From assembly GCA_020137815.1 (NCBI GenBank), contig CM035351.1, positions 8,184,001 through 8,248,000 of the forward strand: 64,000 bases of DNA, read 5' to 3'. The notes under the pieces are model-generated. The model had not been told where the DNA came from and searched no databases. It saw only the letters and a program-made list of their open reading frames with translations. The stretch's first letter is position 1. The number at the start of each line of letters is the position of its first letter. Shown here piece by piece: positions 37,042 to 51,360 of this stretch. Source of the DNA: Hormiphora californensis (taxonomy: Eukaryota; Animalia; Ctenophora). The translations under genes were made by a program, and so were the position numbers.

Positions 37042-40000
37042 GCCTGCCTGTCTGTCTGTCTTTCTGTCTGTCTGTCTGTCTGTCTTTCTGTCTGTATGCC
37101 TGTCTGTCTGTCTGTCTATCTGTCTGTCTGTCTGTCTGTCTGTCTATGTCTGTATGTTCCCCAAAGGCCATCATTCCCTCTTCAATTGCAAAGATTGCAC
37201 GTGCATTTATTTTCGGATGCCTGAATAAAACATTGTGTAAGCCCCCTCGCAGAGTGATAGCCCTCCCAATACTGGGCCTGTGTATCCCTGATTAACGGCG
37301 GTAGAGGTCCTTGTAATCAAACCGCCCCTATCACAACAGATTTAAAAACCCCATCCCAGCAGCTGCACCTCTATCGTATAATCCCCACTCATCTTTACAC
37401 CCACCCTCTCCCAGGTTGCACCATACACTACATGCCTTATTAACGGAATGTACTGGGAGGCCCCCGCTCCACGAATCCTAAGCGATGCTGATGCTGTCCG
37501 GCTCTTTGGAAAGGGTAGCCAAGCTAAGAATAATATCATGCGTGGTATCCCTCAGATGCCCCACAAAATGCTGGCCATCGCTGACATCACATGTGATATT
37601 GGGGTAAGTTGCTGTGTGTTAGTTGATGCCTTTCTAATGGCAGCTGTATATAAAATAGATGAAGTATCGATAAGATATCAATTCAATCCCAAGTTCCAGC
37701 TTTCTACCGGGAAAATAAAGACAAAATCAACATTGTGATGTCTCCAGATTATTTAGCTAGCAATCGCAGAAAATGCATCGGCTTGGTGGTCTAGTGGTAT
37801 GATTCTCGCTTAGGGTGCGAGAGGTCCCGGGTTCAATTCCCGGCCAAGCCCTTTTTGCTTTTCTGTCACATTGTGATTTCACCAATTCTTTCGTTCTCAC
37901 ATCACCTGTTTTGTTTTTCAGGGTTCAATTGAATTTAGTAAGGAGCCAACAACCGTGGGAAATCCGTTCCAGTTGTACGATCCTAAAACACGGACAGTTC
38001 ACAACGAGTAAGTGATCGCCCCACCTGTCTGTCTTCCTCTCTATTTCTCTTTATATCTTTCCCTCCCTCTATTCCTATTTCCTCTCTCTCTTACTATACA
38101 CTGCGGCAATTGTCCGGTACTCGGTTTTTGATCATCTGCAGCATCTGGTGTCGCACTGCGGGGGCACATCGTCCCATGAGAAGTAATGATGTAGCGCGCG
38201 ACGCTTTTCTACTGTGTAGAATACACCGCGCCGGCACGCTTTGGAGGCAGAAGGCGCCGGCATGGTTGTAACGCGCATTGAATGCACTGCTGAAGCAGTC
38301 TCCCTGATTCACCTGGACATTCAGTGTCTGCAGTCTCCAAGATGTGAGGCAATCAATGTGACATCACAGGTCCCGTTTACCATACAGTCGCCCAGAACAT
38401 CAATGGGTCAGAATCGGATCATACACTTGCCTGATAACACCCAACTGGTGGCAAATTAAAATGTTCATAATATAATATCTGACAATACCAGTGTTTAATT
38501 CGCATCACTCCTGCCCCAGGTTCCATTGAAATCATCAAATTAAAACCAGTCTCTCCCCTCAGTTTCTCTCGTGATGGTGTCTGTGTGATGTCCATTGATA
38601 ACCTGCCATGCCAACTACCCAGAGAAGCAACGGAATACTTTGGAAACTGTCTCATTCCCCACATCAACGATTTTGTAAGGAAACCATTATTCATGTTATT
38701 GTGATCTTATGGAGAATAGGGTTGCCTTGCTCGACCCTGGCCTATTTCCCCCGTGAGGGTTAGAGCATAACAAGAATAAGGTTGAAGCGCATCAAACTGC
38801 AAATCATTCAACTCTTTATTATATAACTTAGTCTCGGGCTGCGAGAGAGAGGGTCAAGCAAGTGGTTGGTTAAGGAGTTTAATAGAACTAAGAACTACTT
38901 GTAGTAAGTTTCGTTTCAACCACTTGTGGTTCAATGGTTGATTGAAATTGAGATTGAGAAAACAGAGTTTTAGACATTCATCACATAACCATCTGCCCAA
39001 GCAGAACTCGTGCAGTTATTGAGTTGTTTAATATTTCAGTGAATTCAGAACTATTGCAGTCATTGAGTAATTTAATATTGAATTTTTATTAACACCAGCT
39101 TCCCCTTTCAGTTGAGTGTGACACATAACAAGCCCATCGTGTCCCAGAAGAGTAATACCTCTCCCTGCATTTCTAGGGTAAGATGGGGGTTTATGTTTTG
39201 GATAAAGTGATTATATATTCACGCTGTTACCATGGTAATCCACTGAATTTTATTTGTTTGCAATTACATAACAGTTTGATAATTTCAGGCAATCATAACT
39301 TCTCGTGGGGACCTGGCTCCTGACTACAAATATATCCAGACCCTTCGAGCGGAGAGGTAGGAAATAACACCATCAGAAACATGTTGAAACAGAATCAGAT
39401 TTAACGGGTGACAACTAAAAATCTGGATATTTTTCTGTGAGCTCTAGCGCCGGTCTCGTTTGAGATACAGCTTCGGGCTAGTGATAGAACGAATTTTCAG
39501 ACAATTTTGAATCAGAATAACATAACGGGAAAGACTAAAAAGTTCATTTTCATTGCCATATCGCATCATTTCCTCTTGACCCACCATAGCATGTAGTACG
39601 GAGATATGAGATTTCTATGTGATCAGAAACAACCTTCCCGATATGAAATAGAATTCTCAAAATTGGAAGTCTGGTTGTTCATGCCATAACCAACATAACT
39701 TTTTAACATTTTAACTTATCAGGAAATTGGTTTTCCATGTCATAAATGTTTCGAGAGATCGTCAAAATGGCGATTTTTCAAATTACCTGTAGGTAAACTA
39801 CGATTTGAAAGGTTTGTTACAGATGATTCTGTGATCAGAATTGGCATTAACGGAGTGTGAAACAAAGTTAATTTCGTTCAAAATTGTCTGAAAAATCATT
39901 CTATCGCTGCCCCGAAGCTGTATCTCAAAAAGAACAGGCGCTAGAGGTGCTAGAAAAGTGTGTAAATTTCACGTAATACATGCTTTGGTGGGTCAAGAGG

Positions 40001-43000
40001 AAATGATGCGATATGGCAATGAAAATGAACTTTTTAGTCTTTCCCGTTGTGTTATTCTGATTCAAAATTGTCTGAAAAATCGTTCTATCACTAGCCTGAA
40101 GTTTTATCTCAAACGGGGACGGCGCTAGAGCTCACAGAAAAGTGTCCAGATTTTTAGTTGTCACCCGTTATTATATTCCAAACCAAACACACAGAGAGAA
40201 AGAGACTATCAAAGAGACTATAACAATCACAAACTATGACAGCTAGAATATATGGTAGTATGAAAGATTAGGTCGTGCGCGCCAAATGGCGCCATATGGC
40301 GCCATTTGGCGCCATCAAATTCGCCAAATGGCGCCACGTGGCGAACAAATGGCGCCATTTGGCGCCAAAATGTGGCGAATGCGCACTATCGCCAAATATC
40401 GCCATTTCTGGCGCCAAATGGCGCCATTTGGCGCCAAATCTGGCGCCACGTGGCGCCGCGTGGCGCCACGTGGCGCCAGTGGCGATCGCCATTCGCCAAA
40501 TATTGGCGACTCTTGGCGGTATCGCCACGTGGCGATGGTACAAAGTCTGAAAAAAACATGCGCAACATATTTATCGCCAAATGGCGCCATTTGGCGATAA
40601 GAATAGCAAATTTTCAATGCTTTCCAAAATATGACGCTCGCCACTCGGCGCCGCGTGGCGCCATTTGGCGAAAAAATCGCCAACTGGCGCCAATTGGCGC
40701 CATATGGCGCCAAATGTTGCTAGTTGCGCCAAACGTCGCCATACGGCGCCATTTGGCGTCAAATGTCGCAATATGGCGCCATATGGCGCCAAACGTCGCC
40801 ATTTGGCGCCAAATTTTTGTCAAATGTTTGTCGCCAAACGTCGCCATTTGTCGCCACTTGGCGCCGAACGTCGCCATTTGGCGCCAAATGTCGCCATATA
40901 GCGCCAAATGGCGCAAACTGTTTGCCAAATGTTAGTCGCCATTTGGCGCCAGATGTCGCCATATGGCGCCAAAAGTCGCCATTTGGCGCCAAATGTCGCC
41001 ATATGGCGCCAAATTTTTGTCAAATGTTTGTCGCCAAACGTCGTCATATGGCGCCATTTGTCGCCACTTGGCGCCGAACGTCGCCAAATGTCGCCATATA
41101 GCGCCAAATGGCGACAAATGGCGCAAACTGTTTGTCAAATGTTAGTCGCCATTTGGCGCCAGATGTCGCCATATGGCGCCAAAAGTCGCCATTTGGCGCC
41201 AAATGTCGCCATTTGGCGCCAAATGTCGCCATATGGCGCCAAATTTTTGTCAAATGTTTGTCGCCATTTGGCGCCAAACATCGCCATATGGCGCCATTTG
41301 TCGCCACTTGGCGCCGAACGTCGCTATTTGGCGCCAAATGTCGCCATAAAGCGCCAAATGGCGACATATGGCGCAAAATGTTTGTCAAATGTTAGTCGCC
41401 ATTTGGCGCCGAACGTCGCCATATGGCGCCAAATGGCGACGTTTGGCGCCATATGGCGACATTTGGCGCAAAATGGCGACTAACATTTGACAAACAGTTT
41501 GCGCCATATGTCGCCATTTGGCGCTATATGGCGCCAAATGGCGACGTTCGGCGCCGAGTGGCGACAAATGGCGACGTTTGGCGACAAATTTTTGACAAAA
41601 ATTTGGCGCCATATGGCGACATTTGGCGCCAAATGGCGACGTTTGGCGCCATATGGCGACATTTGGCGCAAAATGGCGACTAACAGTTGACAAACAGTTT
41701 GCGCCATATGTCGCCATTTGGCGCTATATGGCGACATTTGGCGCCAAATGGCGACATTCGGCGCCAAATGGCGACAAATGGCGCCATATGGCGACGTTTG
41801 GCGCCAAATGGCGACAAACATTTGACAAAAATTTGGCGCCAAATGGCGACGTTTGGCGCCATATGGCGACATTTGGCGCCGAATGGCGACAGTTGGCGCC
41901 ATATGGCGACATTTGGCGCCATATGGCGATTCTTGGCGCCATATGTCGCCATTTGGCGACAAACGGCGTCATTTGGCGAATTAATCGCCAGTTGGCGCCA
42001 CGTGGCGCAGAACGGCGAGTGTTCTCCTTTGAAAACCAATGAAAATATTATTGATACATCGACAAATGGCGACAAATGGCGATGTTTGGCGATGAGTATC
42101 GCCAAGTGGCGCCAAATGGCGCCATATGGCGAAAAATTCGCCGAATGGCGCGATTTGGCGCGAGTTTGTGAAGATTGGCGCCAAACGGCGCCATTTGGCG
42201 ACGAATGGCGCCAGATGTCGCCAAACGGCGCCATTTGGCGACTTGATCTACTGATCACTTAATGGCGCCAAATGGCGCCATTTGGCGATAACAATTTTGC
42301 GCATGTTTTTTTTCAGACTTTGTACCATCGCCACGTGGCGATACCGCCAAGAGTCGCCAATATTTGGCGAATGGCGATCGCCACTGGCGCCACGTGGCGC
42401 CACGCGGCGCCACGTTGCGCCAGATTTGGCGCCAAACGGCGCCATTTGGCGCCAGAAATGGCGATATTTGGCGATAGTGCGCATTCGCCACATTTTGGCG
42501 CCAAATGGCGCCATTTATTCGCCACGTGGCGCCATTTGGCGAATTTGATGGCGCCAAATGGCGCCATTTGGCGCGCACGACCTAATCTTTCATACTACCG
42601 AATATATTATATATATATTGTTGATAATAATTGCAATTGTAAATTCACATTCATCCAGAGTTATGAGATTGTATATTCACCAATCACCCAAACAGTCACT
42701 TTGTTTTCATTTTCACCCCAACACTCCATTCCTCGTTCACGTGTATTTTCACAATCTTGCATAGCAATGCACCAATATGTCCGCAGACTTCACTCACTAC
42801 TCAAGTCCACCACATCGAGGTATATCATCATGACAATGCAACTCATTATAAAAAGTAACATTCACCGACAATCGACTTATATCCCTCTCCCGGCTCCCCA
42901 GTTTAACCAACAAAACCAGAACAATTTCCCCCAAAATATTCAACAATACCAGAACCAATGTTTCCAGGGATCTCATCAAAATGACGGGTGCCCGATCAAG

Positions 43001-43158
43001 TGGAACCGCTAAGGAGTGGAGGTCTGACAATAAGCGAGTTCTCCTGCTGGGGTCGGGAATGGTTGCTGAACCAGTTGTAGAGTATCTGACCAGATCTGCT
43101 GCTGTAAAAGTTACCGTCGGTAAGTGTTTCAATGTGATAACAATTCACCTGCTATTCT

Positions 43159-43224
<66 letters not shown>

Positions 43225-46200
43225 ATCCGTCCCCTAGCCTCCAATGAGGAAAGCCAGGCGAACAGTTTGGCTAGCAAGTACAGGAACACAGTACCACAGT
43301 ATCTGGATATCTCAGACAGGCATCATCTGAAGGATGAGATCGCTAAACATGACCTAGTTATCAGGTACAATGAACTATAACCCTTCTTATTAATACCCTT
43401 CTGAGTAATGATTGATTACTCCTCTGAGTACACACTGTTTTTCTTTAATTTGTTTGTGATTCGTTTCATTTTCAGCTACAAAAATAACCAAATCATATAT
43501 TATCCTAATACACCTTCCCTCAGTCTCCTGCCTCACACAATGCACCCCTTCGTTGCGGAACTGTGTGTGGATGCCCGGAGAAACATGCTAACCGCTTCAT
43601 ATGCAACCGACCAGCTCAGAAAAGTCGCCGACAGGTAAGCTGAATTACGTAGTTTTTTTCTAACCTAATAAAACTTGTCCCGGTTTGAAAGCGTCGAGCG
43701 AGACGATGGCCTGAGTTACCTAGTTTGTCTGTTATAATAGTCAGCGGGAAAGGCATGAAACTTCTGCACCTGTCAGAACAAGAGTCCCCCCTCCCCCGAG
43801 TAGTTACCCGGAGTTATCTTGTTTCGAACTAATTTTTTAGACGATCCTCCCCGCCAAACCCTTTATTCCCGAAGTAGTTAGTTTTCGGTAGATCCCGCTG
43901 CCTCGATAGATCCATTACCTAGTGCCTCCTGGTTCACTTTATTTTCTAGTTCAATCACATCGCTCCTATCAATCCTAACTGAATTCCTGAGCCTGGGAAC
44001 TCCAATGGCACTGTGACTCTTCATTGAGTTGCTTCGGGTAATAGGAAGGGTATTACTGACCGAGTATTTCTGGTTTACACGCCGTTTAAACATTGACCGG
44101 ATATAGTTTTTAACGGAGGGGTAACCAAGAATGTAGATTACAGGATCGCTGACGCTGTTCAGGAAGAAAAGAGTGACAGTGAACATTTGGGATATCTCGT
44201 AATCCATTGTAATGTTTCCAACGTTTGCAATGATGGATGGAAACCAAGCCAGGACACCGGTGATAACGACAAGAAATGTAACAGTGAGCATCCTCCGGGA
44301 GTTTAGTTTCTCCACCCGTACTCTCCAGATCATTATGGAATACATGATGATAATCAACCCGAATGGGATTAATATGAACCCGATGTAGCGGACAAAAAAC
44401 ATGAATTCCGCACCCTGGACTGTACACCGGTGGTAGTTGAGGTTGAATTGCGTCTGTAGGGAGAGAGTGGGAGATTGTTAGAGGCATTTTGGAGGAGAGG
44501 GTACGCTTGGCGGCCTTATAAAAACGTCTGGTAGACTGGCATGGATTATATTTTTATCACTGTTTATATCAGATGCTTCTTACCTGTACTTCCCCCACAA
44601 TATAGAGCCACACGACCACCACCACGTAAATCAGAGTGATACACCACATGCTGAGGGCTAGGAAGAGACACTTCCGCCTTGTGAACAGATACCGGTGGTA
44701 GAAGGGAAAGACAATGGCAGCGAACCGTTCAATCGTCAGGGGTACCAGACAGACCGTAGTGCACTGTCTGAAAAAATGGGTTGACAAAATACTTCTCGCA
44801 CATGTATTTAAAGAACTTTTTTATAAGAAACCACGAGTGTAAGCAATCCCAAAATTAGGAAACCTTTTCATTTAAAGGACAGTAGGACACTACGACAGTA
44901 TGTACACTTCTCACCCTAGAGTATTGAGGGATATAGCGTAAGCGCCACACAGACTGTTCGGTTGGGAGTTATCCCCGTTTTTCACGAAGATGGGTGAGAT
45001 AATTCCGAGTCCTCGGAAGGTCCCCAGCACGGATAAGATAACGTTACTGATCGCTAGGTTAAACATGAACACGTTCTGAAATAAGTGCAGGAGATTTAGT
45101 ATCGCGATCAAACAAGGAACAAAACCAAGTTGCATATAATTACAAACAAATCACAGCAATGATGGTGTTACCTGATGTCCTGGTAGTTTTACACGTGCGA
45201 TTGCAATAATGTACATGACAAAGAAGTTGAGGACGACACCCAACATGGAGGCAGCCGTGAGAAATCCGCCCTGAGAAAAACAGCAGAGGTTAACAGAGCA
45301 ATAAACATGGTTATCTGAGCTACTAGTCACAATACACAATCAACAGCTACAGTTGATGATCATCTCTTGACTGAGTAATGAGTATGCCCAAGGATTTGCA
45401 AGACTTGGGATAGACTCTAATCAAACTAAGAAATCAAGAGTTGTGCACCAATTATATATCAATTAACTCACGTTAATCCATCTGAAGGGACAAATCCCGT
45501 AGGTGGAATTGAGGCACGGGTGATCTTGAACAATAAAGCCCATCTAGCGATATGTGTGGGGTACCCGGAGTGAGAAATATTATTTTTCCCGAGCCCTAGA
45601 GAGTTGTTTAGCCTGTAAAATACCCCGTGTGTCTGTATGTCTGTGTAATAGGGGGAGGGTATTTGAACACAATCAAATCACGATTAAGCCATGGCGGACA
45701 TGCCTCTTCAGAGCGGGTTTGAGTGGAGGGGGATAGAACGAGATTTGTACGAGCTCCCTAACTGCTCCCCCTGACAGCTTCTAATTACTCAAACAATACA
45801 AGGAGTCCATGCCTTAACACAGCCGGTGCTGTAGCTAGCAAGTGCTGTAACACAAAAAGACGAAAACAAAAACAGAAATGAAAGTATAAAGGACTGAACA
45901 TTCCGAGCGGAATTGAGTAAACCTAGTAAAACTGTATGTAGTATGTTTTATACATAACCGCGACCAATGCGTAAGCATTTATAAAACACGAATTGAATAC
46001 CTCGGTCCTCGTCAGCCGATTAATTCTTGATTAAATCTCTATGATAAAATGCTGTGGAATTGTGGAAATTAACGTCGAAATAGTCGTTTGTTCAGTGCGT
46101 TGGTAAGCAACACTACTCCTTCGTAAACATTTAATGTGTGCAAAAAAGTGAAGCTGATTTTCACACTTCTTGGAGTTTGTGAATATTTTTGAATAAATTT

Positions 46201-49200
46201 AAAAAATTCAGTCCCCGAGTTGTATAGCAAGACTTTTCTTTTCTTAAACAGCTCAACGATCTCGTTTTACGAGCGATCTTGGGTTTACCAAGCGAATCAA
46301 CTCTCAACCATGGTATATCCAGCGACTAAACGAATCATAATGTGTATCCATAGTTTACATTTAATTATTTTAGTGTTTGATCACTGTATTAGTACAACAA
46401 AAAAAACGAGTGCTAAAATAACAAAAAAGTTTTAGGTTAGTACACTATTCAGAATCAACTGAGTTATTAAAACAAAAAAGGGCTTGGCCGGGAATTGAAC
46501 CCGGGACCTCTCGCACCCTAAGCGAGAATCATAGGGTAGACCGGGGTAATTTGGACGGTGGGGCAATGTGGTCACAGGACGGGGCAATGTGGACTAGTGA
46601 TTTATATGGGACTTTTAAATTGTGGTGTTTAGTGTGAAATAACGAAAAATGACGACTTTAAAGTTAAACTTTATTTCGGTAAACTTAATTATGATAATTA
46701 TTTAAATTAAGGGTCAGAATTTCACAATATGATACTTTTCTATTCAGTTTCATCATCAAAATGACATTAGCTTTCGATTTAATTAGCTAATTGGCATTTT
46801 AATGAAGCGGGGCAATTCGGACAATTTGGGGCAATTCGGACGAAAAAATCGGGGGCAATTCGGTCATAATCCAGATTGCCCCATGGGGCAATTTGGACTA
46901 GACCAAATTGCCCCATGGGGCAAATTGGTTAAAACAAATTGGCCTCATGGCGCCATTATACTCGTTTCTATGGTAACCATAGACAACCTGCTTTCATAAT
47001 TATCCTATTCAATCAATACAGATGGCTAAAACTGAGTAAATAGACCAAAAAAATAGAAAAAAAGGCGCATTTTACAACCAATTCTCTGGATGCCAAGGTA
47101 ACAAGTCAATCCATGGTGTGGCATTCGACAAACCAACTTCATAGGGTGCTCCAGAATATCTAGGACTGGTGCTTTGATGACCAAAAGTAGTGTTTTATCA
47201 TGATAATCATCCATTATATGCAGCTGATATAACTGAATAAAGGGATAAATTACAGGCTAACTTAGAGCAATAGGCAAACATTTGATAACCAAAGCCACTG
47301 ACTGGCTGGTAACTGAAGGTAGTCTGATGTCTCATTGTGACTCATCATGTTTAAATAATCGATAGTCTAATAATACGGATGTAATGGGTGAATTTGGCGC
47401 AAGAAAATAAGTACATTAATGCAAATTCGCCGGTTGCTATGGTAACAAACTCCGTTGCTATAGTAACCCTAGGGAATTGTATTGAGTGGGAATCGGCCAC
47501 TAACATGATTAATTAGACTGGATCCGGGGATCCCCATAAAAGTAATTTCTGGCCTTGTAAGCACCTGAAAACACAAACAGCATTCCTTTGAAAACCGTAG
47601 CTTTATTTGTGGTTTTTTGATCTTTGATGTCGATTTTCTCAAAAACCCTATTTGGGATTAGATTAAATCTTTTTCTAATCGACTAGGCTAATCCTGAGCT
47701 TTCGAAAATGCACCCTATAGAAAGAGATCTGATGAACACTTAATTTTTTGGTTAATTAGGCTAATTACTACTTAATTAACTAATTTTGAAAAAAGGAATA
47801 GCACGGGATACTAAATTACTAGATGACTGAAAAGTTTGAAATCGATATCTCAAAAACTGTGGCTACAATCTAAGTTTGTCCAAATAGCCCCAACCTCGGT
47901 CTGATTTACATCGCAGATTTACAGCTGGGGCAATGTGGTGTGTCGCGGTCACGTGACTGAATGCGCGCATTGTGATTGGTGTAGAAGCCACTAGTCCAAA
48001 TTGCCCCGTGTCTCGCGATCAAAAATATTCCGACTTACCTTCATTAACAAGGTTAATTAGCTATCTAAAAGTTATGTTTTCGATTCAAATTTGTTCTGAG
48101 GCTCAAGATAAAGGTTCAGTTGCACAAATTGAGTAGCTAACTAATTGATTAAGTAAATTAATGACTCTTGAAATACCAATTGAATGCCAAAACCGTCCAA
48201 ATTACCCCGGTCTACCCTACCACTAGACCACCAAGCCGTTGTGTTCGTACAGCTTAGTAACTACTGCAATGTCACTTTTTGACACTTTTTGAGACAGTGT
48301 TGTTTTAAAAAATGTGTGAACTTTCACTGCATTTTCAGTCAGCAAGTATAATAATATGAGATAGTGCAGTAGTTACTAAACTATATTGACACAATGGCTT
48401 GGTGGTCTAGTGGTATGATTCTCGCTTAGGGTGCGAGAGGTCCCGGGTTCAATTCCCGGCCAAGCCCTTTTTGTCAAAAAAAAACATTTTTTTCAGTTTA
48501 ACTGTCCGGCAGTTGGTTTTCGGTTGATTTGCTCCCCGTTGACTCGGTAGACCCATTAACTAATGCCTCCTGGTTCACTTTATTTTCTAACACCACACAC
48601 GAGGTTATTTCTGATAGTTCAATCACATCACTCCTATCAATCCTAACTGAATTCCTAAGCCGGGGAGCTACAATGGCACTATGACTCCTCAGTGAGTTGC
48701 CACGTCCATTGGGAGTTAACCGCCTAGCAATGGTTGTCTGTCTTCTCTCCCCTTGTTGTTGATGTACATCGGTAATGTCCGTTTCTGAACGAGCTGCTAC
48801 AATACTGGGAAACCCATATCTCATCACAGAGGAATCCATGGCAAGGGCATTACTGACCGAATATTTCCGGTTTACACGCCGTTTAAACATTGACCGGATA
48901 TAGTTTTTAACGGATGGATAACCAAGAATGTAGATAACAGGATCGCTGACGCTGTTCAGATAAAAAAGAGTTACTGTTAGCATTTGGGATATCTCGTAAT
49001 TCATTGGTATGTTTCCAAAGTTGGCGATGATGGAGGGAAACCAAGCTAGAACCCCGGTGAAGATTACAAGAAATGTAACAGCGAGCATCCTCCGGGAGTT
49101 TAGTTTCTCCACCCGTACTCTCCAGATCATGATGCAGTACATGATGATAATCAACCCGAATGGGATGAATGTGAATCCGATGTAGCGGACAAAGAACATA

Positions 49201-51302
49201 CTTTCAGCACCCTGGGCTGTACACCGGTGGTAGTTGAAGTAGAATTGCGTCTGTAGGGAAAGAGAGGGAATTCATTATAGGCATTGTGGAGGCATTTACG
49301 AAAAAACCCCTCACGAGAGCTTGCAGTGCAAGGGCTCCCGGCTCATGCGATACACGCAGGAGAGGAAAGGCTACCAAGTGTAGAAAATGGTACGTTGGGC
49401 GCACTTTGTAAAACGTCTTGCAAACTGGTTATATTTGTATCACAGTTTGAATATCAGATGTTTCTTACCTCGACTATCCCGACAATGTAAAGCCGCACGA
49501 ATACCACTACATAAATGAGGTAGATGCACCACATACTGAGCGCTAGGAAGAGACACTTCCGCCTTGTGAACAGATACCGGTGGTGAAAGGGAAAGACGAT
49601 GGCAGCGAACCGTTCAATTGTCAGGGGTACCAGGCAGACCGTATTGCACTGTCTGCAGGGAGGAATGCTTTTAAATGATTGTGTAATCGTTGGTACAATC
49701 AATCAACAAAATACGTGACCGGGAGAGAATTTCCCCACTTGTTCTAAAACACAAGGCGTGAATTCTACATAATTCCCACCAATTTTTTCCCTGCCCAGGT
49801 GATTGCCGAAGGCAATCACCCGGGATGATGTTTTTAGCACGCACGTGCTAAAAAGATCATTCAGGGTTTAGAAATCAGCAGATTGTGTAGTTAACTAAAA
49901 TGTCCGTCTGTCCGTCTGTCCACCGTTACACATAGCAACAAAGTCTGCTCCTTCATAAATCTTTCAACTCACACTTTGTTGATGCAACAAAGGAAATGAT
50001 TAATACGCATTGTGGCGCGCAATTACTCACTCGTATCACTTCCTACTTTCACCTGAAATCACTTTGGGTACCCTACAGCCGTACCATGACGTGGTAGCAA
50101 GTCTTCCAAGCATGAAACTACTATCACACAATAATTGCAAGTGACTGGTGCTAAGATGACTGAGGCCTGAGGGTAAAGGTGAAGCGCTTGGTCACCAAAT
50201 AGGGTCTCCTAAGCAACTGTCTTAGTTATCATAGCAACTGCCTTGGTTACCATAGCAACCACCCTGGTTACCATAGCAACTAACATCGTATCAGCCAAAA
50301 ATTGCTCTTAAAGTGCAAAATTCATCGGAAAATCTGAATTTGAAGCTCATTCATCAATTTTACACCCATCTGGGGCAGGGAAACACCGCATTATGAATAC
50401 ATAATGCAATAATTCTTGTTTTTAGTTTTTGAGGAGAAAACCGATTACAGAGTGATTTTGAAGTTGACGGGGGAATCAGAATAAAAAGAGGAAGAAATCA
50501 TTAAAGAAACGGTTGACGAAGTAGTGTATACCGTGTACGTACCCTAGAGTATTGAGGGCTATAGCGTAAGCGCCACATAGACTGTTCGGTTGGGAGTTAT
50601 CCCCGTTTTTCACGAAGATGGGTGAGATAATTCCGAGTCCTCGGAAGGTCCCCAGCACGGATAAGATAACGTTACTGATCGCAAGGTTAAACATGAACAC
50701 GTTCTGAAATAAGTGCAGGAGATTTAGTATCGCGATCAAACAAGGAAGCAAAACCAAGTTGCCTAATATTACAAACAAATCACAGCAATGATGGTGTTAC
50801 CTGATGTCCTGGTAGTTTTACACGTGCAATAGCAATAATGTACATGACAAAGAAGTTGAGGACGACACCCAACATGGAGGCAGCCGTGAGAAATCCGCCC
50901 TGAGAAAAACAGCAGAGGTTAACAAAACAATTATTTTTCCCAGAGAAGGGCAATTATCTACCCTAGAAGAGTACCTGAATACAAAGTGACTCATTTTAGA
51001 CTGAGGCAATAAGCAATAAGTAAGCTCAGTTGGCATCACAGAGACTTAGAACAGACTCGAATCAAAGTAAAAAATAATTATAGTTGTGCACCAATTATAT
51101 ATCAATTAACTCACGTTGATCCATCTGAAGGGGCAAACCCCGTATCCGTAGGTGGAATTGAGGCATGGGTGATCTTGGACTATATAGCCCATCTAGCGAT
51201 CTGTGTGGGGTACCCGGGGACTGCTGGCTTTGCAATACTAACTCATATACCTGATTACGAGATAGATGGAGAGTTAGAGACAGAGAGAGAGACAGAGACA
51301 GA

Positions 51303-51360
<58 letters not shown>

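Noticed and set aside
40268-42578. Dozens of overlapping MAP/WRH ORFs
   Set aside because: By-product of a stop-poor palindromic repeat inside a TSD-bounded element
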